A stretch of 64,000 bases of DNA from a virus. The stretch lies in the IMG/VR virus record IMGVR_UViG_3300045988_055837; one strand, written 5' to 3'. The notes beneath the pieces were generated by a model. The model did not search any database. It saw only the letters and a program-made list of their open reading frames with translations, and was not told where the DNA came from. Position 1 is the stretch's first letter; each line of letters opens with the position of its first letter. Shown here piece by piece: positions 24,338 through 32,899 of the stretch. A program made the translations under genes and the position numbers.

Positions 24338-25198
24338 ATGTTCAATAATTCTAATGGCTATAGTCTAGCTGATATTGCGGCTGCTACTGGTGGTAACAAT
24401 CGCAATGATGGTATGTGGGACAACGGTGCGTGGTGGATCATTATCCTCTTCCTCTTCTGCTTCAACGGCGGTATGTGGGGTAATGGTTTCGGTCGCGGTA
24501 TGATGGGCCAGGGCGCTGGATCTCCTGCTTACCAGGGAACTACAACTCGTGAGGAAATCGCTTATGGTTTCGACATGAACGGTCTCCAGAGTGGTATTCG
24601 TGGTGTACAGCAGGGTCTCTGTGACGGGCTCTATGCTATGAATACTGGAATGTTGAATGGCTTTGCTGGTGTTAATAATGCAGTTTGCTCTCTCGGCTAT
24701 CAAACCGCTCAGCTTGCTAACGGTTTAACTTCTGACATTGTTGCTAACCGCTTTGCCGCACAACAGGGCGTATGCCAGGTTGAAAATGCTATCAATCAGG
24801 CTCGTTATGATAATACTATTGGTCAGAATAGTATTGCTCGTGAGATTTCTGATTGCTGCTGCGAAAATGGTCGCGCTATGGAACGTGGTTTTGCTGATAT
24901 TAACTATAATATGGCAACCAACACTTGCGCTATCCAGACCTCTATGGCAAATCACACCCGTGACATTATCGACAGTCAGAATGCTGGCACTCGTGCTATC
25001 CTTGATTATCTCTGCCAGGAGAAAATCTCTGATCTCCAGAGTGAGAACCAGGCTCTCCGCCTTGCTGCATCTCAGCAGGCTCAGAACAACTATCTGGTCA
25101 GCCAGCTCGGTACTAAGGCACCCGTTCCCGCTTATGTGGTTGCAAACCCATATTGCAACTGCGGGACCGCAGCTTATGGTTGCGGGTTAACTGCCTAA
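24338..25198 (+). CDS. Cys-rich protein of 286 aa with one N-terminal transmembrane helix and Gly/Met/Asn-rich segments. TAG-free.
   Basis: Intact ORF with ribosome-binding site aaaggagg. Transmembrane helix AWWIIILFLFCF. Several CC/CxC clusters. Confidence 0.45.
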   Translation: MFNNSNGYSLADIAAATGGNNRNDGMWDNGAWWIIILFLFCFNGGMWGNGFGRGMMGQGAGSPAYQGTTTREEIAYGFDMNGLQSGIRGVQQGLCDGLYAMNTGMLNGFAGVNNAVCSLGYQTAQLANGLTSDIVANRFAAQQGVCQVENAINQARYDNTIGQNSIAREISDCCCENGRAMERGFADINYNMATNTCAIQTSMANHTRDIIDSQNAGTRAILDYLCQEKISDLQSENQALRLAASQQAQNNYLVSQLGTKAPVPAYVVANPYCNCGTAAYGCGLTA

Positions 25199-25257
25199 AT
25201 TAACCTATAAGGGGAGAGTAATCTCCCCTTATATTAAAAACAAGGAGGATTTGTATT

Positions 25258-25680
25258 ATGGAAATTACCGCTAATGCTGTGCAAACAGTCGCGGCTAATC
25301 AAGATGTTTTATTCACAAATGTTGCTATCGCAGGCAACTCTTCTACCGTTCATCGTAGTGGTAGCGGTCAAGTAACTTTAAGAGGTTTGACTAATTGTCA
25401 GTGTCGTGCGCGTTTTCGCGTGACATTTGGAGGTAATATTGCGGTTCCCGCAGATGGTACTGCTGGACCAATTTCATTAGCTATTGCTATTGATGGTGAA
25501 CCTATCAATACCACTACCATGATTTATACGCCAACCGCGGTTAGCACTTATGGCAATATTTTTGGCGCTATTTTTATTGATATCCCACGTGGATGCTGTG
25601 GAAAAGTAAGCGTAAGAAATATTTCTACTATTCCAGTAAGCGTTCAAAACGCTAATCTAATTGTTGAAAGGGTGGCTTAA
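25258..25680 (+). CDS. Hypothetical beta-rich protein of 140 aa. TAG-free.
   Basis: Intact ORF with ribosome-binding site aaggagg. Confidence 0.4.
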   Translation: MEITANAVQTVAANQDVLFTNVAIAGNSSTVHRSGSGQVTLRGLTNCQCRARFRVTFGGNIAVPADGTAGPISLAIAIDGEPINTTTMIYTPTAVSTYGNIFGAIFIDIPRGCCGKVSVRNISTIPVSVQNANLIVERVA

Positions 25681-25683
25681 TTT

Positions 25684-26247
25684 ATGGAACGACTAAAGCA
25701 TATGGAAGAAGTCTTGATGGGCTGTGTTCAGGCACAGTTAAGTCATCTTGATACGGTAGATACTGAGGAATTAGGTCAGGCTATTGATATGATTAAAGAC
25801 CTTGAGCAGGCTAAATATTACTGCTCTATTGTCAAGGCAATGGAAGAAGCCGAAGAGGACGAAACTAAAGAAAAGAGCCATCATCACCATAGAGATATGG
25901 ATAAAGTATATGGAAGAATGTATTATGAAGGTCCAGATGGCCGTTATCCATGGAAAAAGCGCGATCGTGATGAAGATTATCCTTACTATCCTGAACGCGG
26001 ACGTGAGATCGATATTCGCGATTCTCGCGAAGGCCGCAGTCCAGTAACTCGTCGTATGTATATGGAGTCTAAACAACTCCATAAAGATAAGACAGAAAAG
26101 GTTAAGGAATTAGAGAAATATATGCAGGAACTCTCTGAGGACATCGTGGAAATGATTGATGGAGCTTCTCCAGAAGAGCGTCAAGTTCTAGAGAAGAAGA
26201 TGACTAGCCTGACTAATAAAATCGCGCAGTTAAATCTCAATGCTTAA
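25684..26247 (+). CDS. Hypothetical highly charged protein of 187 aa
   Basis: Intact ORF abutting the previous gene. Confidence 0.4.
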   Translation: MERLKHMEEVLMGCVQAQLSHLDTVDTEELGQAIDMIKDLEQAKYYCSIVKAMEEAEEDETKEKSHHHHRDMDKVYGRMYYEGPDGRYPWKKRDRDEDYPYYPERGREIDIRDSREGRSPVTRRMYMESKQLHKDKTEKVKELEKYMQELSEDIVEMIDGASPEERQVLEKKMTSLTNKIAQLNLNA

Positions 26248-26572
26248 TATTAACGGAGTAAGTTGGAGGATATTGCTAGTACCTCCAACTTCCTCTACTC
26301 TTGCTAGGAGCGATGGGTCATTAGCTTCTGGTGTTTGTGATAATGATACTAAATGTATCTATATCAATGAGAATCTTAATTCTTCTTTAATGAAGAGAGT
26401 GTTATGTCACGAAATAACTCATGCTGCTATGTTCAGCTATGAAACTGATTTAACCGTTGAACAAGAGGAGCTATTAGCGGATCTAATAGCTACTTATGGA
26501 TAGGAAATAATTTCTAAAACCAATGATATATTTCAACGATTAAAAGCAAATAAAGGGGACTTGTCAAGTTAA
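26240..26572 (+). CDS. Putative small HExxH zinc metallopeptidase of about 110 aa
   Basis: HEITHA motif. Reads through TAG at 26501-26503 to TAA. Confidence 0.35.
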
Positions 26573-26590
26573 AGACAAGTCCCCTTTATT
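26546..26590. terminator. Terminator aaaggggacttgtc-aagttaaa-gacaagtcccctttatttt at the strand switch
   Basis: 14-bp stem plus T-run seen in sequence. Confidence 0.55.
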
Positions 26591-26738
26591 TTGTTATTCG
26601 GGTTTAATTGGTAGTTCCAATGCTAATTCGTAATATTCTTTAGCTTGACCATTTCCGCCTAATCCAGAGTATATTCGATAAAACTCACTTAATTGGTCAT
26701 ATTGCTCTTGTGTCATATAACCCTATTTAATATAAGCT

Positions 26739-27025
26739 TTACAAAGCTAAACCAAACGGAATTTATAAGACGAAATGATTAGCTACATATGACTTTTCTC
26801 AATATCTTTAGTTTCCATGATATATTTTCGGAGTTCTTCGATTTCTTTCTGAATTGGTTCAATGCGGGAGTCTATAGTTTTTTCTAGCTCAGTATCTTTG
26901 CTTTCTTCAAGTAGTTTTTTATAATTCTTTAGCTGGCCATGTAAGTATTTACAAAAAGCTAAGGCTCCCGCAGATACTAAGCCAAAAAAAATCTCAACTA
27001 AATGTTCAGCAATAAAAGTAAACAT
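26739..27025 (-). CDS. Small membrane protein: N-terminal transmembrane helix plus coiled coil, about 95 aa
   Basis: Ribosome-binding site aaggaaggagga then ATG. Continues through TAG at about 26784 to TAA at about 26739. Confidence 0.35.
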
Positions 27026-27101
27026 AAAATCCTCCTTCCTTAAACCTCTCAAAAAATTTAAGAGTTAAGAAAGGAGGATTATTTTATTTAGACCGCATCC
27101 T

Positions 27102-27580
27102 TACCAAGCGCATTTATTCTTCTTGATATGATGAGTTCCAATGCATACAGCATCCGCAATATCCTAGATAACATGGATACCATAATTCTATTCTACATAG
27201 AGTTGAGCATTCTTTTTCTATTCTGCTCTTGTTCGACCTTTAATGCCTAAAGTAGATTTCCAAGACGAGGCGAGGACTGTTGAATGAGGAATCTGGATTT
27301 CTTGCAGTAATTCTGAAACAACTCCATAAACCTCTGCCAAGACCTTAAAGGTCTAAACATTATTAGCCACATTGTTCTGTTGCTAAATATCTTCAAAGAT
27401 TACTTCGTCGATATTATAATCTGTAACTAAAGTCTAAATACCCTATCGTAACTGAACTAGTCTAATATCGGTATTTGGATCATCTAAAGAAATCTTGCCG
27501 TAGGACTTTAACTTTCCATCTTCAAAGATAGCCCATCCCGTAACCTTCGAGGCTTGGTCAAGGGCTAACAAGCGACTCAT
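27102..27580 (-). CDS. RuvC-family Holliday-junction resolvase of about 159 aa with 6 in-frame TAG. Not in the ORF track.
   Basis: Hand translation: MSRLLALDQASKVTGWAIFEDGKL...VIFEDIQQQNNVANNVQTFKVLAEVYG...AVCIG. ATG overlaps the dut stop (TAATG). Confidence 0.5.
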
Positions 27581-28143
27581 TACTTACTTGTAGAACCGAA
27601 TCCACCTACGCGCTCGCCTGTCGCAGCATCATCATCGGTTACTCCATAAGTATGAATAATTCCTTGTCCAACCTTATCTCCACGCTTAAGTTGAATAGCA
27701 AAAGGAGAAAGGTTGATAATCTGGAAGAAGATTTCGCCCTCATTGTCAGGATTATCGCAATAGTCGGCGTCGATAATACCAATACTGTTGCCGATAATCA
27801 GCCAATGTTTAAGAGGAGTAGAACTGCGGGCACTCAGTTCGAGATACTGACCAGGCTCAAGATGACACTTCATACCAGTAGATATCAGAGGAATCTTGGC
27901 TTTAAGTTCCTTAGTAAGAGCTGCCATTTCATCAAGAGAAAGTGGATCAATGAAACCATAGAAGTCTTCGTGGCGTTCTTTCTCAAATAAGTCATCCTGA
28001 ATCTTGGTTCTTAGAAAATCATAGGGAGGAATTACAATGTCCTCTGCGACTACAAAATCATAACCTGCGGAATTGGCTGTTGCACGAGTCGGCAGGGGTA
28101 GATCAACGTCCGCGAAGCGAGAAACTTTCTCAAATTTAACCAT
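27580..28143 (-). CDS. dut: dUTPase, trimeric Bacillus YncF / SPbeta YosS type
   Basis: SAGYDF, IIDADYCDNPDNEGEIF and GERVGGFGSTSK motifs. Ribosome-binding site ggagga then ATG at 28143. Confidence 0.8.
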   Translation of the reverse strand: MVKFEKVSRFADVDLPLPTRATANSAGYDFVVAEDIVIPPYDFLRTKIQDDLFEKERHEDFYGFIDPLSLDEMAALTKELKAKIPLISTGMKCHLEPGQYLELSARSSTPLKHWLIIGNSIGIIDADYCDNPDNEGEIFFQIINLSPFAIQLKRGDKVGQGIIHTYGVTDDDAATGERVGGFGSTSK

Positions 28144-28387
28144 TGTCTGTATCCTCCATATTGATAGGCATAACCCCTTCAGGGTCTTTCTCATTGTCGA
28201 TAGTAATAGTAGCAGTCACGAGCTGATACTCTTCAATAATCTCGCCCTTTGCCTTAATATATTTAGTAGCGTACTTAAAGGAAGTTAGCTCGCCAATACA
28301 GTTCTTGTCAAGCCACTTCCGCAGACGAAGAGCATCTTCGACAGTAGGCACGCGATACACATTTGTTGTTTTCAAAGTATACATCAT
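28136..28387 (-). CDS. Hypothetical protein of 83 aa
   Basis: Intact ORF overlapping the dut start. Confidence 0.4.
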   Translation of the reverse strand: MMYTLKTTNVYRVPTVEDALRLRKWLDKNCIGELTSFKYATKYIKAKGEIIEEYQLVTATITIDNEKDPEGVMPINMEDTDNG

Positions 28388-28388
28388 T

Positions 28389-28644
28389 AAATACCTTCCA
28401 CTTCAATTTTTTCCTTTGTATAATTACTTGTAATTAACTGTTGTCTAATTTCTTCCACAATATGGGATGGAGCATCAATCTTTACAGAAAAGATATTAGT
28501 TGCATCCGCAAGTAGACCAATATTCTTCGCAAACTCAGAGATATTGGAGTCGATTACTGTCTGCTACTGAGAGTCATCTCGGCAGATATAAACACGGGAT
28601 TCCGCAGAAAATGGATCGTAATGAACTACTAATACGTTGTTCAT
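28389..28644 (-). CDS. Hypothetical protein of about 84 aa with 2 in-frame TAG. Not in the ORF track.
   Basis: ATGA overlap with the stop of the upstream gene. Open to TAA at 28389. Confidence 0.35.
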
Positions 28645-28985
28645 ACTTCAATCACCCCTTGTGTATAGTCAAACATGGCATACATGGAGCAGGTTTTATC
28701 TTGCTGAATCCAGAACTCAACCATGTCATCTCGTACTTCGATACCTTTGAGGACGCCCAATGTTTTAGCGACATCAATCATCTCAAAAGCCATCTTCTTT
28801 ACATCATGCTCTTGATTATAGGTATATACAGTGTAATATCTACCATCTACATTTAACATCATGTAGTATTTAGAGTCATGCTTAGTTAGAAACTGTTCAA
28901 GCTCTTCAGTTGCCCTACGGATTTCAGCCTTCGGCATCTTAGGGAGCTTGTTATAAGCAATCTGATTCATTTCATATAATGTCAT
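28641..28985 (-). CDS. Hypothetical protein of 114 aa
   Basis: Intact ORF in an operon with neighbouring genes. Confidence 0.4.
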   Translation of the reverse strand: MTLYEMNQIAYNKLPKMPKAEIRRATEELEQFLTKHDSKYYMMLNVDGRYYTVYTYNQEHDVKKMAFEMIDVAKTLGVLKGIEVRDDMVEFWIQQDKTCSMYAMFDYTQGVIEV

Positions 28986-29014
28986 AGCAATTCTCCTTTT
29001 CTTTTATTATAATA

Positions 29015-29644
29015 TCACAAAACTTTAGTTCTGTCAATTAAAATGGCTCCTAAAGAGTTGCCAATAAGTGCCACTACAAAGAAAGGAAACATTTCATAAC
29101 AGAAAGAACCAGAAGCTATAAAATAACATAAGTCTGCGATACAGTGTTCGCCACCAAAGAGGATAAAACCCGCGACACATAATGGAACCATATATGGAGC
29201 AGAATTGCGGAAGCAAGAGACAGCAGTATACATAAATATACCACATACTATTGCTTTTATCATTACCAATCCAAGCGGAAGAGCTAGTTTAGTAGCGACT
29301 AAAGGAATGGCCGCAGAGTGCGGGAAGAACAAGAGTAAGCATACTCCAATTAGGTTACCAACGAGAATTGTAGTAATATTTTGCATATCTGCGGGATTCA
29401 GATGCACAAAACCTATCGCGCCAGTATATAGCTTAAAGTTCATATTAAGAATAGTTAGGAGTCCTATAGAAAAGAGAAAGGCTCCTACTATTCCACCAAC
29501 TTGAAGATAAATATAACTAGCTATGGCAATCATCATGCCACCAAAAATAGCGTTAATCAATATCATGTAAATCAATAATGCGTTGATTGCGGCTACCGCG
29601 CATAGGCAAGGTAATATCTCGTTCAGCTTGAATATAAGGACCAT
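29015..29644 (-). CDS. Formate/nitrite-transporter (FNT) family channel-like membrane protein of about 209 aa
   Basis: GAFLFSIGLL..TG, GGEHCIAD (compare FEHSIANM) and LIGNSLGAIL motifs. The 5' end overlaps the last ~90 nt of nrdG in another frame. Start uncertain. Confidence 0.45.
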   Translation of the reverse strand: MVLIFKLNEILPCLCAVAAINALLIYMILINAIFGGMMIAIASYIYLQVGGIVGAFLFSIGLLTILNMNFKLYTGAIGFVHLNPADMQNITTILVGNLIGVCLLLFFPHSAAIPLVATKLALPLGLVMIKAIVCGIFMYTAVSCFRNSAPYMVPLCVAGFILFGGEHCIADLCYFIASGSFCYEMFPFFVVALIGNSLGAILIDRTKVL

Positions 29645-30038
29645 CAATCAAAACATCCGCAGTCTTAAGGATCTCCCGCATATTTATATCAGAAGAATGA
29701 AGAAGTTCTTCATATTTATTGCCTGTCCAAATATAAATTTTAGTATCTGGCAATTCTTTCTTTACTGTTGTTACAACCAATCTGGTAAGAAACGAATTTT
29801 CTTGACATAAAGGTTCTCCACCCATGATACATAGATTTCTATGTATTCCATTAGCTTTTAATCCATTAATGATTGACTGTAAAGTATCTTGCGTAAACTC
29901 TCTTCCGCCATCAAAATCCCAAGTCTCAGGGTTGTGGCACCCCTCACAATGGAAGGGGCACCCCTGAGTAAAGAATGATAGGCACACACCTGGTGCTGAA
30001 GAAAAATCATTATAAATAATTCCTGCGTAACGAATAGG
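29553..30038 (-). CDS. nrdG: Anaerobic RNR activating enzyme (radical SAM)
   Basis: YAGIIYNDFSSAPGVCLSFFTQGCPFHCEGCHN (CxxxCxxC). No ATG/GTG/TTG before the conserved N-terminus. In frame directly after the nrdD TGA. Confidence 0.75.
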   Translation of the reverse strand, partial: PIRYAGIIYNDFSSAPGVCLSFFTQGCPFHCEGCHNPETWDFDGGREFTQDTLQSIINGLKANGIHRNLCIMGGEPLCQENSFLTRLVVTTVKKELPDTKIYIWTGNKYEELLHSSDINMREILKTADVLIDGPYIQAERDITLPMRGSRNQRIIDLHDID

Positions 30039-31913
30039 TCATTCCTCCAATCGACCAGCGTGTTTTACTCTGTCATTTGCTTCTGCAATTTTACCTGCAT
30101 TAAATGCAGTCGTATAGTTACCAGTTAGATAACCAGTTACTCGTCTAAGCTGCTGGATATGATGGCTTCCGCAAACAGGGCAGTGGTCATTAAACTCGTC
30201 CATGAAACCACATTCAAGACAAGTGTCATTAGGAACATTGATAGCAAAGTAAGGAATGTCATGTTCCATAGCATAATGCACTAGAGTTTCCAAAGCATCA
30301 ATGTTATTTTTGACACCGCTATCAAGTTCGACATAAGTAATGCAACCAGCAGAAGAGTATCCAGTCAACTGACTTTCAATATCAATCTTATCAAATGGAG
30401 ACATTTCCTTCCATACGGGGACATGGATAGAGTTAGTGAAATAATCTCTGTCACTCACATTAGGAATCTCTCCATACTTCTCTTTGAATTTTGTCATAGC
30501 GGTATAGCAAAGATTCTCAGCAGGTGTATAGTATACACCAAAGTTTAACTTATATTGTTCTTTAAACTCTGCGCATCTATCCTTGAAGAGCTGCTCAATT
30601 CGTTTCGCTAGCTCCATACCTTCTGGAGTAGTATGGTCTTGACCGATAAGGATTTGCAGAGTCTCAGCCAGACCGATCTGACCAACAGCAAGAGTACCAT
30701 GTCTAAGAGCACTACGAGTAGTCTTACCATCATATCCTGCCATTAAGCCATTCTCATACATGAATTTAGCGGATGCCGCAGGTTGAGAGCAGATATAATC
30801 AAAGCGTTCAATCAGCATATCTTTTGCTTCATGGATCTTCTGGTCAAGTTTATAAAGGAATCTGTCAATTAAAATTTGTCTATCATTAAAAGAATAATGG
30901 CCTTTTACATCTGCATCAAAGTTAATCTTACACTCCATAGCAAGAGTAGGCATGATAATAGTTACGGGGCAAATATTACCACGTCCATCTTTTGTTTGAC
31001 CCATACCGTTAATATCCCAGCCATTTGCGGTGCGGCAGCCCATAGTAGAGAAATAGGTCTTGGGGTCATTGATGTCATATCCCGCATTACCAGACCAATC
31101 AACATTAGCATAGTTGGGATAAAGTCTAGTTGCAGTAGATCTTAGGGCCAGCCTAAACAGGTCATAGTTTGGATCACCGGGCTTTTGATTGACGCCCTTC
31201 ATGCACTGGAAGATGCCACAGGGGAAGATAGAAGTCTTATGTAATCTACCAAGTCCCTCAATAGAAACATCAAGCAATGCTTTTGTGACCATTCTACCTT
31301 CTGGGAGAGTGCAAGTACCATAGTTGATAGAAGTGAATGGTAATTGATTACCAGAACGAGACTGAAGAGTATTAAGATTATGATACATACCTTCTACAGC
31401 TTGATGTACTTCTTTAACAGTCATATCAAGAGCATATTGATATGCTTTATTATAAATCATATATTCATTATCTTCAATTCCAGCAGTATCTGGGATATGG
31501 TCAAAAAGCTCTTTATCGGAGATATTCTCAATATACTTTAAACCTTCAATATAGTGTTTTCTAAAACTTTTTCTTACATAAGGAACCATAGTCCAGTCAA
31601 GATGAGTAGCACTTACTCCACCAAACTGCTGTAAGGATTGAAGCTGGAAAATAACTGCAACCAGCTGGAATGCAGTATTCACAGAACCTGCAGGTCGCAC
31701 GTCGGTTTGTCTAGTATTGAAACCTTTTGCTAGTAGATCATCAAAAGGAATGGAGAGACAGTTATGCATACCAACCGCATAAGCAGATAGGTCATGGATA
31801 TAAATTTCATTGTTCTCGTGATTGCGGCGAGCCATATCAGAGACGCAGTAATCTAAAGCGTATCTCTTCATTTGCAAGTCAGAACCTGCGCCAACTCGAC
31901 CACCAAATGACAT
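30039..31913 (-). CDS. nrdD: Anaerobic ribonucleoside-triphosphate reductase, catalytic and glycyl-radical portion (624 aa)
   Basis: Class III RNR homology. C-terminal RRVTGYL glycyl-radical region and CPVC zinc site. Confidence 0.85.
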   Translation of the reverse strand: MSFGGRVGAGSDLQMKRYALDYCVSDMARRNHENNEIYIHDLSAYAVGMHNCLSIPFDDLLAKGFNTRQTDVRPAGSVNTAFQLVAVIFQLQSLQQFGGVSATHLDWTMVPYVRKSFRKHYIEGLKYIENISDKELFDHIPDTAGIEDNEYMIYNKAYQYALDMTVKEVHQAVEGMYHNLNTLQSRSGNQLPFTSINYGTCTLPEGRMVTKALLDVSIEGLGRLHKTSIFPCGIFQCMKGVNQKPGDPNYDLFRLALRSTATRLYPNYANVDWSGNAGYDINDPKTYFSTMGCRTANGWDINGMGQTKDGRGNICPVTIIMPTLAMECKINFDADVKGHYSFNDRQILIDRFLYKLDQKIHEAKDMLIERFDYICSQPAASAKFMYENGLMAGYDGKTTRSALRHGTLAVGQIGLAETLQILIGQDHTTPEGMELAKRIEQLFKDRCAEFKEQYKLNFGVYYTPAENLCYTAMTKFKEKYGEIPNVSDRDYFTNSIHVPVWKEMSPFDKIDIESQLTGYSSAGCITYVELDSGVKNNIDALETLVHYAMEHDIPYFAINVPNDTCLECGFMDEFNDHCPVCGSHHIQQLRRVTGYLTGNYTTAFNAGKIAEANDRVKHAGRLEE

Positions 31914-31931
31914 TTCATCGACATTAGCGTT

Positions 31932-32279
31932 CTAATTCTCAATGGCTGTACCGTTAATCTTCTCAGAGAAAGCCTTAATAAAATCGTCTCTACCGGAGCG
32001 CGCAACTTCTCGCTTATAGCGATAACGAATATAGGTTTTAGCTACATCTTTGCGCTCAGACCGCATGAGGAAGTCTTCAACCATATCTTGAATTTCCTCA
32101 ACGGAGATAATTTTATCTGTGGTTTTTACACTATACTTAATTTCATCAGCAATATCATTTGCTGTATCTTCTTCATATAAAGTACCATCAACCTCGATAA
32201 AAGCCTTATTGATGGCGTTAACGATTCTTTGCTTATCAAATGGTACAAGGATACCATTTCTCTTTTTCACTTGTAGCAA
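31932..32279 (-). CDS. nrdD: ATP-cone domain belonging to NrdD (115 aa), encoded as a separate ORF 19 nt upstream of the catalytic ORF and in a different frame
   Basis: MLQVKKRNGILVPFDKQRIVNAINKA is the canonical NrdD N-terminal ATP-cone. The junction lies next to an A5 homopolymer. Confidence 0.6.
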   Translation of the reverse strand: MLQVKKRNGILVPFDKQRIVNAINKAFIEVDGTLYEEDTANDIADEIKYSVKTTDKIISVEEIQDMVEDFLMRSERKDVAKTYIRYRYKREVARSGRDDFIKAFSEKINGTAIEN

Positions 32280-32344
32280 TCAAAACACTCCCTTGTATTA
32301 TTTTTATGAACGGATACTATATCTGGTGTTTTTGATAAGTAAAT

Positions 32345-32899
32345 TTAACAAAATTGCCCAGCTATAAGATCGACAGCACGAAGTAAATCGCCTGCATCTT
32401 GATTTTTAATTACTTGATAATCAATATCCTCTAAATCTTCAAAATCTTGTTCATCTGTCGAGAATCGTCTAATAATCTCCTTAATATCAGGATTCTCTTC
32501 TCTATTCAACTGCCTGATTAGACGTTCTTTATCGCTAGTCCGCACATAATAGGCAGTTAAGTCTACGAGTTTATCTTCCATAAGGCATCTAATACCTTGA
32601 GGGTTAAAGACGCCCACATTGATTTTATTTTTTGATAAACTAGATAAAGCAGTTCCATAATGCCAATCATTAAATTCAGTTGCTTCTAGCATATCGCCAT
32701 TAAGGACTTTCTCTGTGAACTGGTCAATTGTTAAGAAGTGATAATTTACTCCCTCTTGTTCTCCTTCGCGAGGAGGACGAGTAGTACAACTCACGATCTC
32801 ATTAAATTTATCAGGGTCTACTTTAACGAGAGCGCGAAGGATTGTATCCTTCCCGCTCCCGGCTTTGCCAAACAAAGCGATGACTTTGACTTTATTCAT
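32345..32899 (-). CDS. gmk: Guanylate kinase-like nucleoside monophosphate kinase
   Basis: P-loop GKAGSGKDT. TTRPPREGEQEGVNYHF guanylate-kinase signature. ATG overlaps the dnaE stop. Confidence 0.65.
   Translation of the reverse strand: MNKVKVIALFGKAGSGKDTILRALVKVDPDKFNEIVSCTTRPPREGEQEGVNYHFLTIDQFTEKVLNGDMLEATEFNDWHYGTALSSLSKNKINVGVFNPQGIRCLMEDKLVDLTAYYVRTSDKERLIRQLNREENPDIKEIIRRFSTDEQDFEDLEDIDYQVIKNQDAGDLLRAVDLIAGQFC

Noticed and set aside
27340-27370. Palindrome AGACCTTAAAGGTCT resembling a recombinase site
   Set aside because: Lies inside the RuvC-like resolvase coding sequence (codes ...QTFKVLAE...). It has no hix/gix-like AAACC/GGTTT arms.
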